A stretch of DNA of 36,023 nucleotides from an uncultured bacterium (GTDB lineage: Bacteria; Krumholzibacteriota; Krumholzibacteriia; WVZY01; JAKEHA01), in NCBI GenBank assembly GCA_964500785.1, contig CAZCQM010000003.1, positions 1-36,023 on the forward strand. Reading direction: 5' to 3'. The notes under the pieces are model-generated. The model did not search any database, was not told where the DNA came from, and saw only the letters and a program-made list of their open reading frames with translations. The position numbers were made by a program, and so were the translations under genes. Below are positions 34,078 to 36,023 of the stretch, piece after piece; positions within the stretch are counted from its first letter, which is position 1, and the number at the start of each line of letters is the position of its first letter.

Positions 34078-35145
34078 ATGTTGCGCAAGATTTCCGGTAC
34101 GCTGCTCATCGCCGCCCTTTGCCTCACGCCCGGAATCGCCGCGGCGGAGATCGCCTGGCACCAGGAGCCGTTCGATCAGCTGCTGAAGACGGCCAAAGCA
34201 CAGGACAAACCCATCTTCATCGATTTTTATACGACCTGGTGCGGGCCCTGCAAGATGCTCGACGCCAAAACCTACCCCGACGCCGCGGTTGAGAAGCTGC
34301 TCAATTCCATGCTCCCGGCCAAGTACGACGCGGAGAAGGAGCCGTGGATCGCGCTGGCGAAGACGTACAAGATCCACGCTTATCCCACGCTGCTCATCAT
34401 CGGCCCCGACGGGAAGGAAGTCGGGCGGGAGATCGGCTATCTGCCCCCGAAGGACTTCGTCGACGAGATCGGCGGCCTGGCGAAGGGCGCCGGCACCGTC
34501 GCGACCCTCGAGGAGAAGCTCAAGGCGAACCCGGACGACTTCGATCTCCTGGTAACCCTCGGCACCAAGCACGCGGAAGCGGGTCACGCCGACCGGGCCA
34601 CCGAGCTGCTCAAGAAGGCGATGGCGCTGGACCCGAAGAACGAGAAGGGCCGTTATCCGGAAATCCTCTACACCCTGGGCGAGGCCAACTACAACGCCGA
34701 CCGGTGGGCCGCGGCCAAGACGTACTTCACGCGCCTGACGGCCGAGTACCCCGGGTCGGATGTCTACCGCGACGGCATGGCCCGCCTGGCCAAGACACAG
34801 TTCAAGCTCGGCGACGCCGACGCGGCCGTCGCCACCTACTGGACGATCACGAAGGACCGGCAGGACGACGACAAGGCGCTCAACGCCTTCGCGTGGTTCT
34901 GCTCACAGGCGAAGATCGGTCTCGACAAGGCGCTTCCCGCCGCCGAGAAGGCCGCGCGGCTGTCGAACCGGGACCCGGGCATCCTCGACACGCTGGCGGA
35001 AGTGCACTTCGCGATGGGGAACTACGACAAGGCGATCGAGGTGGAGACGGAAGCCGCGGGGAAGCAGCCCGACGACAAGTACTTCAAGGATCAGATCGAG
35101 AAGTACCGCAAGGCGAAGGCCGACGCCGACCACGCCGCCAACTGA
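34078..35145 (+). CDS. Exported thioredoxin-fold protein fused to TPR repeats
   Basis: Signal peptide; KPIFIDFYTTWCGPCKML; cis-Pro loop AYPTLLII; C-terminal TPRs (ILDTLAEVHFAMGNYDKAIE). Confidence 0.92.
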   Translation: MLRKISGTLLIAALCLTPGIAAAEIAWHQEPFDQLLKTAKAQDKPIFIDFYTTWCGPCKMLDAKTYPDAAVEKLLNSMLPAKYDAEKEPWIALAKTYKIHAYPTLLIIGPDGKEVGREIGYLPPKDFVDEIGGLAKGAGTVATLEEKLKANPDDFDLLVTLGTKHAEAGHADRATELLKKAMALDPKNEKGRYPEILYTLGEANYNADRWAAAKTYFTRLTAEYPGSDVYRDGMARLAKTQFKLGDADAAVATYWTITKDRQDDDKALNAFAWFCSQAKIGLDKALPAAEKAARLSNRDPGILDTLAEVHFAMGNYDKAIEVETEAAGKQPDDKYFKDQIEKYRKAKADADHAAN

Positions 35146-35164
35146 GACAAAGCAAGGGCGCTCT

Positions 35165-36023
35165 CTAGGCAGCCAGCTCGAGGATCTTCGGACACAGCGA
35201 CGGGATCTTGTCTTCGTAGGTGTCGAGCGTGACGCCGAACGTCGACGTGAACGCCGACGAGTCGCACACGTTGTCCTCGAGCAGCAGGTACAGCTCCTCC
35301 AGCGTCAGCGGGAACGAGCGGAAGCGCTGCGCGAACTTGACCATCGGCTTCGCGAAGCGTGACGACACCGGCATGATGTTCGGCCACACACCGTAGTGGC
35401 GCGCCACCTTGTGCATGATGTCGATGAACGCCATCCGCTCTGGACCGCCCGCCTCGTAGACCTTCCCCTGCGTCTCCGGCATCGTAACGGCGTGCGCCAT
35501 CGGGCCCACCAGGTTGTGCAGCGACAGCGGCTGCAGAAGCGCCTTTCCGCCGTCGATGACGGGGACGACCGGTCGGTGCACCAGATCGGCCACGAGCGGG
35601 TGGAACTCGTCGCCCACGCCGAACACGATCGACGGCCGGAAGATGCTCCAGCGCATGCCGCTCTTGCGAACGATCTCCTCGGCCTCGAACTTGGTGCGGT
35701 GGTACCGGGACCGCGCGTCGGGCCGCGCGCCGATGGCGCTCAAATAGATGGCCCGCGGGACCTTCGCCCGTCGCGCGGCATCGAACACCGCATAGGCCGC
35801 CTCGGTGTGCATGGCCTCGTAGGTGATGCCCCGCTGCGGATCTTCGCGGCGGATGCCGACCAGGTGGATGACGGCGTCGCAGCCGTTCACCGCGCGCAGG
35901 CAGGCGTGCGTGTCCAGAACGTCGCCCGTGATGACCTCGAATCCTTCGCGCGGATCGACCTTGCCGGCACTCTGCTGTCGAACGAGCAGCCGTACGTGGT
36001 GGCCATGCGCCTTCAACTCGGCG
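35165..36023 (-). CDS. NAD(P)-dependent epimerase/dehydratase, NDUFA9-like atypical SDR (N-terminus outside the window)
   Basis: GH.VRLLVR, GDV, DAVIHLVGI, YLSAIGA, YHRTK..AE, FRPSIVFG, LQP and YEAGGPE. Confidence 0.9.
   Translation of the reverse strand, partial: AELKAHGHHVRLLVRQQSAGKVDPREGFEVITGDVLDTHACLRAVNGCDAVIHLVGIRREDPQRGITYEAMHTEAAYAVFDAARRAKVPRAIYLSAIGARPDARSRYHRTKFEAEEIVRKSGMRWSIFRPSIVFGVGDEFHPLVADLVHRPVVPVIDGGKALLQPLSLHNLVGPMAHAVTMPETQGKVYEAGGPERMAFIDIMHKVARHYGVWPNIMPVSSRFAKPMVKFAQRFRSFPLTLEELYLLLEDNVCDSSAFTSTFGVTLDTYEDKIPSLCPKILELAA

Overview
GC-rich bacterial chromosomal window from a diderm organism. Gene content suggests an FCB-affiliated lineage such as Krumholzibacteriota, Latescibacterota or Eisenbacteria (inference only). 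About 30 CDS, mostly on the minus strand: partial glnA, nnr, several small accessory genes, a DUF4159-DUF4175-TPR-GATase-like envelope operon, two tandem DUF6600-like lipoproteins, a 1669-aa NtrY-like sensor kinase, a DUF4783-like gene, secDF, pdxJ, a YibQ-like deacetylase, rsmA, a thioredoxin-TPR protein and a partial NDUFA9-like reductase. No rRNA, tRNA, CRISPR array or mobile element was seen. The main candidate new system is 27.7-33.0 kb: an unclassified outer-membrane beta-barrel followed by four paralogous lipoprotein genes encoding five copies of one domain. These show mosaic sequence sharing and a modular C-terminal T-W-G-x-[VL]-[KR]-[AG]-[LI]-[YL]-R motif that may be a sorting or docking signal. 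Also notable: two sigma54-type promoters with palindromic enhancer-like sites, a structured leader with a looped-out ribosome-binding site upstream of a small zinc-ribbon gene, and a terminator-like leader upstream of rsmA. All family assignments come from motif recognition by eye, not from database searches.
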